Origin: Deltaproteobacteria bacterium
Lineage (GTDB): Bacteria > Desulfobacterota > SM23-61
Direction of reading: 5' to 3'
Length of the DNA stretch: 64,000 nucleotides
Assembly (NCBI GenBank): GCA_016875165.1
Contig: VGSF01000002.1
Location: 33,033 to 97,032, forward strand
Part shown: positions 43,512 through 52,410 of the stretch, in pieces
Position numbering within the stretch: position 1 is the stretch's first letter
Layout of the letters: each line of letters opens with the position of its first letter
The notes under the pieces: generated by a model
The model's input: the letters and a program-made list of their open reading frames with translations, nothing else
Told to the model about the DNA's origin: nothing
Databases searched by the model: none
Position numbers and translations under genes: made by a program

Positions 43512-43958
43512 GTGATGGAGGCGCCAGCGGCTAAAATTCCCCAAGTTTCTTCTGCCTTGAAATGGGAGGATCAATGGGGAAGCTACAAGGCCCGCTGGGG
43601 AGTAGGGCGTATGCATTATATGGTTGACGCGGGCCTTTACGCCCTGGGCCAGCCCAACCATTCTTCCCCGGTTTTTGTAACGGCTAACTATAAGATGAGC
43701 TTTGACAGGCTGCGCCAGGCAGTCCCTGACCGGAATGCCTGGATTCTGGTTTTGGATACTAAAGGGATCAACGTCTGGTGCGCCGCCGGCAAAGGCACCT
43801 TTGGGACTGAGGAACTGGTCAGCCGAATCAAAACCAGTGGCCTGGAACGAGCAGCGGGGTTACATTTCAGAATAATTCTGGTGGGGTTTAATGCCCCGCT
43901 GGAATTTCTAACGGGGTTTACTGTCCGTTTGAGAGGACCACAGGCCATTCAATTTTGA
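43512..43958 (+). pseudogene. hgcA-like corrinoid-protein gene, C-terminally truncated (no TM domain)
   Basis: WGVGRMHYMVDAGLYALG...VFVTANYKMSFD...LDTKGINVWCAAGKGTFGTEEL contains the HgcA cap-helix signature N(V/I)WCA(A/G)GK. The ORF stops after ~148 aa, where HgcA proteins continue into ~5 TM helices. Confidence 0.6.
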
Positions 43959-44409
43959 TTGCGCATTTTAGATTAGGGCGTATGTCCTCCACCACATTAG
44001 GAACACAATATGTTATGGAGGATCATATGCCCTAATAGCAAATAAGGGACTTATGTACGGTAGGATACCGAACATAGGCGCTTATTTAGATATTTGGATT
44101 TCTGATTTCCAATCTTTCTTGGTTCTGGCTACACCAGGTAAGGATTTATGGATGACTGCGGAGAACTATCTTCCCAATGGTACCCTTCGGCAACCCCGGA
44201 GAGTCCCCCGGGCATAAACCATTCCGATGGGAGCGTATCACGGAATGTCTCTTGTGGAATACTTCCCCGGGGATTAGCGAAAAATAAAAAGTTACGGGTG
44301 TGTAAAAAATTGGGAAAAAAGAGAAAAATACTTCCACTTTTAAACATCAATTAAATACGAGATAATTTAAAATATTAATAAAAACAGTATATTATAAATT
44401 ATCAAGTTT

Positions 44410-44425
44410 TGGTATGGGATTTGCG
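44410..44425 (+). promoter_or_regulatory. Candidate sigma54 (-24/-12) promoter
   Basis: TGGTATGGGATTTGCG fits TGGCAC-N5-TTGCW spacing (GG and GC 12 nt apart). It lies in an AT-rich region upstream of the PEP-CTERM gene. Confidence 0.4.
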
Positions 44426-44490
44426 TATTAAATTAATATAAAAGTTTGGTAAAATAAGAAGAATATTACGAAAAAAATCTTTTTTTACAG

Positions 44491-44656
44491 TGAGGTTCTT
44501 GCAAATCTTAAAATCGGGCGCTCAATCGTCATTCCGGGCAAGCGAAGCGCGACCCGGAATCCAGATTTTTCAGGCTGCCCTGGATTCCCGCTGAAGTTTA
44601 CCCTCGCGAAAGCGGGGGCGGGAATGACGGTGTTTAAGAGTTTTGCAAGAGCCTCA
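44491..44656. repeat. MITE with TIR TGAGGTTCTTGCAAA...TTTGCAAGAGCCTCA (GTCATTCC interior)
   Basis: Terminal inverted repeats. The interior has cgtcattccgggcaagcg...cccggaatcc and ggattcccgc...gcgggaatgacg. Confidence 0.75.
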
Positions 44657-44705
44657 AGTATAATCCTATTTTTAAATTTTTGCAAAATACAAAGGAGGTA
44701 TAAAA

Positions 44706-45464
44706 ATGAAAAAAATTTTTATTATTCCATTATTAATAATATTTCTTTTGGGTTTTTCAGGAATCAGTGGTGGAACTCCAATAAATCAGGTTCCTTATGC
44801 ATCTTTGACGGGATCGGGGTTAGTAACATTCGATGATATTCCGGGTGGCTGGGCGCCTGGAACAAACTACGATGCGATAATTAAGTTTTATGAAGCCGAC
44901 TTTGGAGAACGATTTGTAGGACAAACTCTTTTAACAAGTGGTGATTTTGATATTCTTTCCGGTTCTCCAACGGGCCCCCTTAGCTTAGCTGCAGGGGCTC
45001 CCAACCAGAATTTGAATGTCTTTTTAGCCACCTCTGGTGGTATTACTTCGCAAGTTCTTGCTGGGTTAGGGCCAAAAGAATATCCAAATTTTAAGGCAAT
45101 TGGCGAGGGATCAATTGCTGTACTTTTCCATTATGATCAATCTGATTTCGGATTCAGGATTTTAGGCGGCAATGAGGGAGATGCTTATCTCTCCTTTTTC
45201 CGTCGAGATGGCTCATTAATTCAAGACATCACCCTGAGTGGTCTTAGCAATAGTACTTTCTATGGTTTTCAAAGAGAGGGTGGCATTAAAGATATTGGCG
45301 GGATATCGATTTATAACACTGATCCTGGCGGTATTGCTTTTGATTCTTTTATAGATGATGTACCAGCAGGAGCAGGTCAATCTGCCCCCGAACCCGCCAC
45401 CCTGATCCTTCTAGGTTCCGGTCTACTTGGGCTTGCTGGGTTCAGGAGGAAGTTTAAAAAATAA
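44706..45464 (+). CDS. PEP-CTERM sorting-domain secreted protein
   Basis: N-terminal signal peptide. The C-terminus is PEPATLILLGSGLLGLAGFRRKFKK. Confidence 0.85.
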   Translation: MKKIFIIPLLIIFLLGFSGISGGTPINQVPYASLTGSGLVTFDDIPGGWAPGTNYDAIIKFYEADFGERFVGQTLLTSGDFDILSGSPTGPLSLAAGAPNQNLNVFLATSGGITSQVLAGLGPKEYPNFKAIGEGSIAVLFHYDQSDFGFRILGGNEGDAYLSFFRRDGSLIQDITLSGLSNSTFYGFQREGGIKDIGGISIYNTDPGGIAFDSFIDDVPAGAGQSAPEPATLILLGSGLLGLAGFRRKFKK

Positions 45465-45717
45465 ATTAATATTCAAATGTCAAAGAACAAAGGCGGGGTC
45501 AGAAATGGCTCTGCCTTTTTTTTCCATGCTCCCTAACCCCGCTCCTTTCCTAACCTACAAGCTCCCTTCCCCAATTTTTCTCCAAATCTTTTTTTATAAA
45601 GTATGGTAATATTTACCCATAGGGAGCCTGGACCACATGGTGGGGATCTGTCCACCGACGTGAAGTCAATTAGGGTCAGCGCCTATGCACCGGCACGTAA
45701 GAAAGGAGGATCTGCCC

Positions 45718-46032
45718 ATGGAGGATAAACCAGTAGCAAATCCCATGGTAGTACTCAGGGAAGAATTTGATGACTGGGCAATCCTGTTTGATCCGGATAC
45801 AGCCCAAGCATATGGACTTAATCCTGTGGGCGTATTCGTATGGAAGCGGCTTGACGGCAACCACACCTTAAGCGAAATTTTACAGGAATTACGGGCAACC
45901 TGCGAGGATTCCCCGGCAGAAGCCAATGATCATATGAATAATTTTGTGAAAAAATTGGTGGAAAAGGGATTAGCGGGGTATGAGATAACCAAGGTGGATC
46001 ATCTCCAAATACCACATGGAGAACCAGGATGA
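45718..46032 (+). CDS. PqqD-family peptide chaperone (RRE)
   Basis: Start MEDKPVANP lies 8 nt after AGGAGG. LNPVGVFVWKRLDGNHTLSEILQEL pattern. ATGA overlap with the next gene. Confidence 0.75.
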   Translation: MEDKPVANPMVVLREEFDDWAILFDPDTAQAYGLNPVGVFVWKRLDGNHTLSEILQELRATCEDSPAEANDHMNNFVKKLVEKGLAGYEITKVDHLQIPHGEPG

Positions 46033-47144
46033 AGTTGATGGCCGCCCCCAGGTTTGTCGATATTGACATCATAAGCAAATGCAATCTTAAGTGCCTTTAT
46101 TGCGCCCATTTTACAAGCGCCGGGGATGTAGAAAGCGATCTGCCGACAGATGCATGGCTCAACTTCTTTGAGGAGCTTGGCCGCTGCGCGGTAATGATTG
46201 CATCTCTTGGCGGTGGTGAGCCGTTCTTACGGAAGGATTTAAAGGAACTGCTTCTGGGGATTGTCAAAAATCGGATGCGTTTCGCAATCTTGAGCAATGG
46301 CACGTTAATTACGGAAGAGATCGCTGCTTTTATAAAAGCAACCGGCCGGTGCAATTATGTTCAAGTCTCCATTGACGGTTCGGGCCCTCTTGCCCATGAG
46401 GTTTACAGGGGCGAGGGGAATTTTGAGCGGACAATGAATGGCCTAAGAGTCCTACAGAAGTACGGGGTGCCTGTTACAGCGCGGGTTACCATACACCGAC
46501 ATAACGTCCATGACCTTGAGGGGATTGCCAGGCTGTTACTGGAAGATACTGGGCTTCCGTCTTTTTCAACGAACGCGGCTTCCTATATGGGGCTGTGCAG
46601 GCAAAATACCGAGGAGGTGCAGCTTACCGTCGATGAAAGAACCCTTGCTATGGAAACTCTTTTAAAGCTAGGTAAAAAATACAACGGCCGCATTACTGCG
46701 AATGCCGGACCGCTGGCAGAGGCGCGGATGTGGACGGAGATGGAAAGGGCGCGAAGAGAAGGTAAAGAAAGCCTTCCGGGAAGGGGCTATTTGCGGTCAT
46801 GCGGCGGGGTGTTCAGCAAGATCGCAGTTCGTGCGGATGGGGTGATTGTCCCTTGTATCCAGATGGGCCACATTGACCTGGGGCAAGTGGAGGAGGACAA
46901 TCTCAGGGATGTCTGGCAGAACCATGCAGCGCTGAATTGTTTGAGACAACGGCAGGGTATTCACCTGGGTGATTTTGAATTTTGCGCGGGCTGTGTTTAT
47001 ATCCCGTTCTGTTCAGGGAATTGTCCCGCCCTCGCTTATAATCTCCTCGGCAAGGAAAACCATCCCAGCCCGGATGCATGTCTGCGGCGGTTTCTGGCAG
47101 AAGGAGGAAGACTGCCAATGGAACAAGCATTGGCATTGCTTTAA
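46029..47144 (+). CDS. Radical SAM / SPASM-domain peptide maturase 1
   Basis: CNLKCLYC (Cx3Cx2C). C-terminal SPASM Cys clusters CGGVFSKIAVRADGVIVPC and CAGCVYIPFCSGNCPA. Confidence 0.85.
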   Translation: MKLMAAPRFVDIDIISKCNLKCLYCAHFTSAGDVESDLPTDAWLNFFEELGRCAVMIASLGGGEPFLRKDLKELLLGIVKNRMRFAILSNGTLITEEIAAFIKATGRCNYVQVSIDGSGPLAHEVYRGEGNFERTMNGLRVLQKYGVPVTARVTIHRHNVHDLEGIARLLLEDTGLPSFSTNAASYMGLCRQNTEEVQLTVDERTLAMETLLKLGKKYNGRITANAGPLAEARMWTEMERARREGKESLPGRGYLRSCGGVFSKIAVRADGVIVPCIQMGHIDLGQVEEDNLRDVWQNHAALNCLRQRQGIHLGDFEFCAGCVYIPFCSGNCPALAYNLLGKENHPSPDACLRRFLAEGGRLPMEQALALL

Positions 47145-47145
47145 A

Positions 47146-47201
47146 CCCCCTCACCTTTATCCTCTCCCCCGATTTGGGGGGAGAGGGGAGGGTGAGGGGG
47201 G
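47146..47201. repeat. G/C nested-palindrome REP-like insert between the two rSAM genes
   Basis: ccccctcacctttatcctctccccc gattt ggggggagaggggagggtgagggggg. Confidence 0.7.
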
Positions 47202-47227
47202 CTCAATAATAGGAAGCAGGAGCATAC

Positions 47228-48325
47228 ATGACATCGGGAAGCTCTTCTTTTCCTCTCGGAATGGTCTATTTCTACCTCACCGAGGGGTGTAATCTCCGTT
47301 GCCGGCACTGCTGGATAAATCCGAAATACCAATCGGGGGATAGAGCCTCTCTGGCGCTGGATTTTGAGTTGTTCTGCCATATCATCAGGCAGGCAAAGCT
47401 GCTGGGATTAGACGGCGTGAAGCTTACCGGTGGAGAGCCGTTAATCCATCCGGATATAGACCGGATCCTAACTTTTCTAGGCTCAGAGGAGATAAGAGTT
47501 ACGGTTGAGACGAACGGATTACTCTGCACAAAGGAAATTGCCAAAAGCATAAGCAAATGCAAAACTCCCTTTGTTTCGGTGAGTCTTGACGGGGCAGAGG
47601 CGGAAACTCACGAATGGGTGCGCGGTGTAGACGGCTCATTTGAGGCGGCGATTCAAGGCATCCGCAACCTTGTAACTGCAGGGCTAAGACCTCAGGTCAT
47701 CCTGACGGTGATGAGGCGCAACAAAGACCAAATGGAAGGGGTTGTCCGTCTTGCGGAGTCGCTCGGCGCCGGCTCGGTAAAATTCAACATCGTTCAGCCT
47801 ATTTCCAGGGGTGAACACCTGAAAGAGGCAGGTGAGTCCCTAAGGATAAATGAGCTGGTGGAGCTTGGAAGGTGGGTAGAAAATATCCTCTCCAGGGACG
47901 CTAAACTACGTCTGATATACAGTCATCCCCCTGCTTTTAAGCCTTTAGGTAATATCTTCGGTAAAGAAGGGGACGGTTGTGGGATATGCAGAATACGTAA
48001 CATCATAGGGGTATTATCGAACGGTTGCTATGCGATGTGCGGGATAGGTGAAACGGCGCCCGATTTAGTCTTTGGACAGGCTGAAAGGGACTGCCTTGAG
48101 GAGGTATGGAATGATACTCCTTTGCTGCTTGAGCTTCGCAAGGGACTTCCGGAGAGACTGGGAGGCATTTGCGGGGGTTGTGTCATGAAAAGGCTCTGCC
48201 TGGGGAACTGTATTTCCCAGAACTATTATAGCAATAAAAATTTGTGGGCTCCGTTTTGGTATTGTGAGGAGGCGCGGAGCGCGGGGCTGTTTCCGAAAAG
48301 CAGATTGGAAGAAACCGCTGGTTAA
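47228..48325 (+). CDS. Radical SAM / SPASM-domain peptide maturase 2
   Basis: CNLRCRHC (Cx3Cx2C). SPASM clusters CGICRIRNIIGVLSNGCYAMC and CGGCVMKRLCLGNC. Confidence 0.85.
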   Translation: MTSGSSSFPLGMVYFYLTEGCNLRCRHCWINPKYQSGDRASLALDFELFCHIIRQAKLLGLDGVKLTGGEPLIHPDIDRILTFLGSEEIRVTVETNGLLCTKEIAKSISKCKTPFVSVSLDGAEAETHEWVRGVDGSFEAAIQGIRNLVTAGLRPQVILTVMRRNKDQMEGVVRLAESLGAGSVKFNIVQPISRGEHLKEAGESLRINELVELGRWVENILSRDAKLRLIYSHPPAFKPLGNIFGKEGDGCGICRIRNIIGVLSNGCYAMCGIGETAPDLVFGQAERDCLEEVWNDTPLLLELRKGLPERLGGICGGCVMKRLCLGNCISQNYYSNKNLWAPFWYCEEARSAGLFPKSRLEETAG

Positions 48326-48438
48326 ATATCTTAAAAGAGCAGAAACAAGAACCCAGGATAATCCCGCTCGATTGGGAATTAGGAGTTGGCAGAAAAAATT
48401 TTAAACCTATTCGAAATCCAACATCAGGGTGGCATGGA

Positions 48439-49368
48439 ATGAACGGTTATTTTCTCAGGCTGTCAGACGGCCAGGCCTGGCAACTTATGGCGCCCCCGGG
48501 GAGAAGAGAAGCGTCTGATTTTTTAAAAAAATTTGCTTCCATAATGGAATTGAAGCCCTCCGGGCCATACGATATTGAAAAAATATTGTTTTGCGGCCAG
48601 GATGATTTCCTTTCCATCAAAGACGGCTGTACGAAAAAATACCTGGGTTCTGGGTCGGGGGAAGGCGATAATGGATGGTTTGTGTATGACCACAAAAATC
48701 TAAGGGTTTGGAATCACGCCCAGATCCCCGAGGTGATCTGTGAAATATGCGATAACGGCAGGGATGACGTAGAAATCCTAAATATGTGGTTTGCCCTGCA
48801 ACCAATTTTTCAGAAAGCGCAAAACAGAGGGGGGCTGCCCATGCACGCTGCCCTGCTCGAACTGGCCGGGAAGGGAATACTTATATCTGCTCCGGGGAAT
48901 ACTGGCAAGTCTACCTGCTGCCGCCGCGTCCCAGGTTACTGGAAGGCTCTTTGCGATGATGAGACCCTCATTGTGCACAGCAAGAAGGAAGGTTACCGGG
49001 CACATCCTTTTCCAACCTGGAGCGATTATCTGTGGAGAAACTCGCAAAAGAGGTGGCCTGTAGAATCCTCAGTCCTCCTTTCGGCAATCTTCTTTCTGGA
49101 ACAGGCTGAAGCAACCGAAATTTTAGCGATCGGTAAAGGTGAAGCAGCAGCATTGATCAATCAGTCAACCAACCAGGTATGCGAGAAGTTCTGGAGACCA
49201 TCAGATAAAGCAACCAAGACCATGCAGGTGAAAAGGCTCTTGGATAACGCTTGCGAAATGGCCAAGAAAGTGCCAGCCTATAAGCTACGGGCCAGCTTGA
49301 ACGGCAGGTTCTGGGAAGAAATAGAACGGGTATTACGGGTGGCCCAGGGGATTGAACAACTGGGGTAG
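48439..49368 (+). CDS. HPr-kinase-related P-loop protein (ScmC/HprK-like)
   Basis: HAALLELAGKGILISAPGNTGKSTCC resembles the HprK C-terminal kinase-domain P-loop. Confidence 0.6.
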   Translation: MNGYFLRLSDGQAWQLMAPPGRREASDFLKKFASIMELKPSGPYDIEKILFCGQDDFLSIKDGCTKKYLGSGSGEGDNGWFVYDHKNLRVWNHAQIPEVICEICDNGRDDVEILNMWFALQPIFQKAQNRGGLPMHAALLELAGKGILISAPGNTGKSTCCRRVPGYWKALCDDETLIVHSKKEGYRAHPFPTWSDYLWRNSQKRWPVESSVLLSAIFFLEQAEATEILAIGKGEAAALINQSTNQVCEKFWRPSDKATKTMQVKRLLDNACEMAKKVPAYKLRASLNGRFWEEIERVLRVAQGIEQLG

Positions 49369-49370
49369 AC

Positions 49371-49514
49371 TTAGAACTTGTCCGTAAATAATATTCCCCC
49401 CTTTGCAAAGGGGGGCGAGGGGGGATTTTGATCAGGAATCCCAAGGTAAATCCCCCTATGTCCCCCTTTTTCAAAGGGGGATTCAAGATCGCGACTTATT
49501 TAAGAATAAGCTCT
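49371..49514 (+). repeat. ~145-bp MITE 'E', copy 1
   Basis: TIR agaacttgtccgtaaataat ... acttatttaagaataagctct. Interior cccctttgcaaagggg and cccctttttcaaagggg hairpins. Near-identical to 52411-52560. Confidence 0.75.
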
Positions 49515-49563
49515 TACTTTCGAAAGCATTGCGCCTGGGGAAGAAGGATTAAAAAGCGAAGGG

Positions 49564-50226
49564 ATGGACGAGGTAAAGGCAAAGGAAACGCATCTTGGAG
49601 AGGGTGCTTCTCAAGCTCGGGGCTGGCCTGGTTTAACTTACTCCGGGCCGAGCATGCATCCGATTTTCAAAGCCGCTGATTGGCTGATCGTCCGCCCTTA
49701 TGCAAAAAAAGAAATAAAAGCAGGTGATGTGGTGGTTTTCCGTCGCCCTGGCGAAGTACATAGAGTTGTTCACAGGGTTGTGGAGGCCAACATATCGGGT
49801 ATTATTACCCGGGGTGATAATAACAATACCAATGACCCATGGATATTAAAATCCGAAGATATTATCGGGCGTGTGGTATCCGCAAAGAGAAGAAACAAAA
49901 CCCTTAAAGTGCATGGTGGTAAGACAGGCATCCTGTTGTCGATAATATGGAGGGTAAAGAAACTCTTCGCCAATAGATTATCTTTGGCATTACATCCTGC
50001 CTATCACGGGCTCGTGAATGCTGGCTTCTTTCACAGATGGTTATCCCCTTTCGTGAGAGCGAAAATACTGTATTTTCATCGGCCTAATGGCACGGAGATG
50101 CAACTGGTTCTTGGTCGGCGGGTGATCGGGAGGCGCATGCCTGGAACAACCAGGTGGCTGATAACTCGGCCTTTCAGGTTGTTCATCGATGAGTCTTCAT
50201 TACCGCAAAGTAATACTGATGGTTAA
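49564..50226 (+). CDS. S26-family (Sec11/archaeal-type signal peptidase I-like) peptidase
   Basis: GPSMHP (Ser nucleophile), HRVV, RGDNNNTND. Confidence 0.7.
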   Translation: MDEVKAKETHLGEGASQARGWPGLTYSGPSMHPIFKAADWLIVRPYAKKEIKAGDVVVFRRPGEVHRVVHRVVEANISGIITRGDNNNTNDPWILKSEDIIGRVVSAKRRNKTLKVHGGKTGILLSIIWRVKKLFANRLSLALHPAYHGLVNAGFFHRWLSPFVRAKILYFHRPNGTEMQLVLGRRVIGRRMPGTTRWLITRPFRLFIDESSLPQSNTDG

Positions 50227-50357
50227 AACCTTTTCAGTTCATTCAATGAGCAAATGCCCCGGAATTTAAAATCTACCAGGGTAAAATAAGGCAGAGGGCA
50301 GGATAACAGAGAGGAGGACGCAAGAGGAACTGATGCGAAAAGGCGGAAGGTTACTCG

Positions 50358-51593
50358 ATGGATGAGAATAGAATCAAGGAATTATTAGTCAGTTGCCTAA
50401 GAAGGGAAGATGGCAGCTCAAAGATTGAGAAACTAAGCAAACTATCGACCCCTGATTGGGAAACCATCGTAAAATCATCAATCAGGCACGATCTTGCCCC
50501 ATTGTTTTATCACAGGTTAAAACCTCTTATACCGGAGATACATTTGCCTGCAAGCATTGCCGACAAATTAAGGGAAATTTATCTGCGTTCTGTGGCAAGA
50601 AATATTCGCATGTACAAGCAGCTATCGGAGTTCATAATGGCGCTTTGGGGCGCAGGGATTCAGGTAATCCCTTTAAAAGGGGCGCACCTTGCCAAATTCG
50701 TGTATGGGAATGTCGCTTTAAGACCGATGTCCGATGTGGACCTCCTTGTAAGGAGGGAAAATATGCCAAAGGTATGTGAAATATTAGTTGGAAAAGGATA
50801 TACCCATGCCGGGCATTTAAATATTCACGAAACCTGCGAGGTATTCCAACACCTTCCCCCTTTTGAGAAACCCGGGGGATTGGCTATGGAACTTCATTGG
50901 AATCTCGAGACTCCGACTTATCCCCTTAGGATTGATGTGGAAGGATTATGGGAAAGGGCCCAAATTTCCTCATTAGACGGCATCGATGTGCCTACTTTAT
51001 CCCCGGAAGATCAATTACTCCATCTTTGCCTGCATGTTTCCCTCCACCATGGTTTTGCCAACGGGCTGAAAGCATTATGCGATATAAACGAAATCATTGA
51101 ACGTTACAGGGGCAACATGGACTGGGGAAAAATAATAGATAGAAGCCAAAAATGGGCTGCAAACAAATGCGTGTTTATAACCATGCTCCAGGCAAAAAAC
51201 CTCATCGGCGCGCCAGTTCCCGATGCCGTATTAAATCAACTCAAACCTGAAAAATCAGATTATTCCAATATGGAAGCGCTTTCTAAGGAACTTATTTTTA
51301 GGGGCGGCACCAACCTTTCACCTCATATTGCTCGCTTATGGGGGCAATACCGGGGCATTGACAAATTGAAGATTTTTATCAAGCGGGTTTTCCCGGTCAT
51401 CGAAGAGATGGCTGCGATGTATCCTGTTTCATCAAGATCCATGAAGGTTTACCTATACTACCCAAATCGTTTAAAAGATCTCCTTTTTAGACATGGCCGC
51501 CATGTAAAGCGTTTATTCCTGCATGACCAAGAAATGTCAACCTGCCTTCAAATTGGAAACATGCAAAACAGGCTAAAGGACTGGCTTCTATAA
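50358..51593 (+). CDS. Uncharacterised nucleotidyltransferase family protein (NTP_transf_5-like)
   Basis: 411 aa with MSDVDLLV and an ELHWNL pattern recalled for the PF14907-type family found in lasso/HprK-associated clusters. Confidence 0.55.
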   Translation: MDENRIKELLVSCLRREDGSSKIEKLSKLSTPDWETIVKSSIRHDLAPLFYHRLKPLIPEIHLPASIADKLREIYLRSVARNIRMYKQLSEFIMALWGAGIQVIPLKGAHLAKFVYGNVALRPMSDVDLLVRRENMPKVCEILVGKGYTHAGHLNIHETCEVFQHLPPFEKPGGLAMELHWNLETPTYPLRIDVEGLWERAQISSLDGIDVPTLSPEDQLLHLCLHVSLHHGFANGLKALCDINEIIERYRGNMDWGKIIDRSQKWAANKCVFITMLQAKNLIGAPVPDAVLNQLKPEKSDYSNMEALSKELIFRGGTNLSPHIARLWGQYRGIDKLKIFIKRVFPVIEEMAAMYPVSSRSMKVYLYYPNRLKDLLFRHGRHVKRLFLHDQEMSTCLQIGNMQNRLKDWLL

Positions 51594-51784
51594 ATTTGGC
51601 CAAAGCGCTCGGCATAGGCCTTCTTTTCGGCTCGAACAAAATGGGCTTTCAAAAAGGGTGGTAAAAGTTGACTGGGTATGCTACAAAATGATTTATAAAT
51701 GACCCTTATTTTCGTGAGCTTTTTTAAAGGAAATTGCCGTGAGAGCCAGAGAGCGCATAGCTGAGCTATGAAAGGAGGAGGAAT

Positions 51785-51937
51785 ATGGAGAGAAAGGCCG
51801 AAGACAACAAGGAGAAAGAGGAGAAGATGACATATGAGCCTCCGGAGTTAATTGATTTGTCAGGAGAGGTAGCAAAGGGGGAATGTTCTTTTGGATCAGT
51901 GCCTAATGGTGGATGCACCGCGGGGGTCCTTAACTAA
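51785..51937 (+). CDS. Candidate RiPP precursor peptide (51 aa; not in the supplied ORF track)
   Basis: MERKAEDNKEKEEKMTYEPPELIDLSGEVAKGECSFGSVPNGGCTAGVLN. A strong RBS AAAGGAGGAGG ends ~4-5 nt before the ATG. Charged leader, YEPPELIDL motif, and a Gly/Cys-rich 19-aa C-terminus. Confidence 0.55.
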   Translation: MERKAEDNKEKEEKMTYEPPELIDLSGEVAKGECSFGSVPNGGCTAGVLN

Positions 51938-52410
51938 GCATCGAGGCACAGTCCGTGCACATGGACGCGCTAAAGGCGCTTGGGTTCAAGGCCTGGACCC
52001 GGGTATATATGCCAGATGGCCGGCGCCGGTAGCCCACCCGCGCCATCTATGGATGTACTCTCCGAGTCGCCTCATCTTCCGGTGGGGCGGCTCCTCCCCA
52101 TAAAGCCGGAGAGCCTTTTGAAGAAATTTTCAAGTGTTCTTTCAGCCTAAGGAAATCCTCCCCAGTCCGCAATGAAAGCTGAGAAGATCGATACGGAAGT
52201 ACGGGCAGATGTCTCCGGTGGTCTGTGTGAAGTGGGAAGGCGGAAAAGACCCTGATTCGGAACAATAAATAAAGACAGTCCCATATTTATTGAAATTTCC
52301 AAAATAGGGGCGTACGTCAAGGGGGACGCGTCCGGGGGAATATGGGGATGTCCTCCCTTTTTTGGCCTCAAACAATTTAACCAATGCCTTCTGCTCGATG
52401 ACGTTGCTTA

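Noticed and set aside
51668-51700. TTGACT ... TATAAA as a sigma70 promoter for the precursor ORF.
   Set aside because: The only good -10-like hexamer (TATAAA) is 20 nt from the -35 box, and hexamers at 17-18 nt spacing match poorly. I did not annotate it, although a promoter somewhere in 51600-51780 remains plausible.
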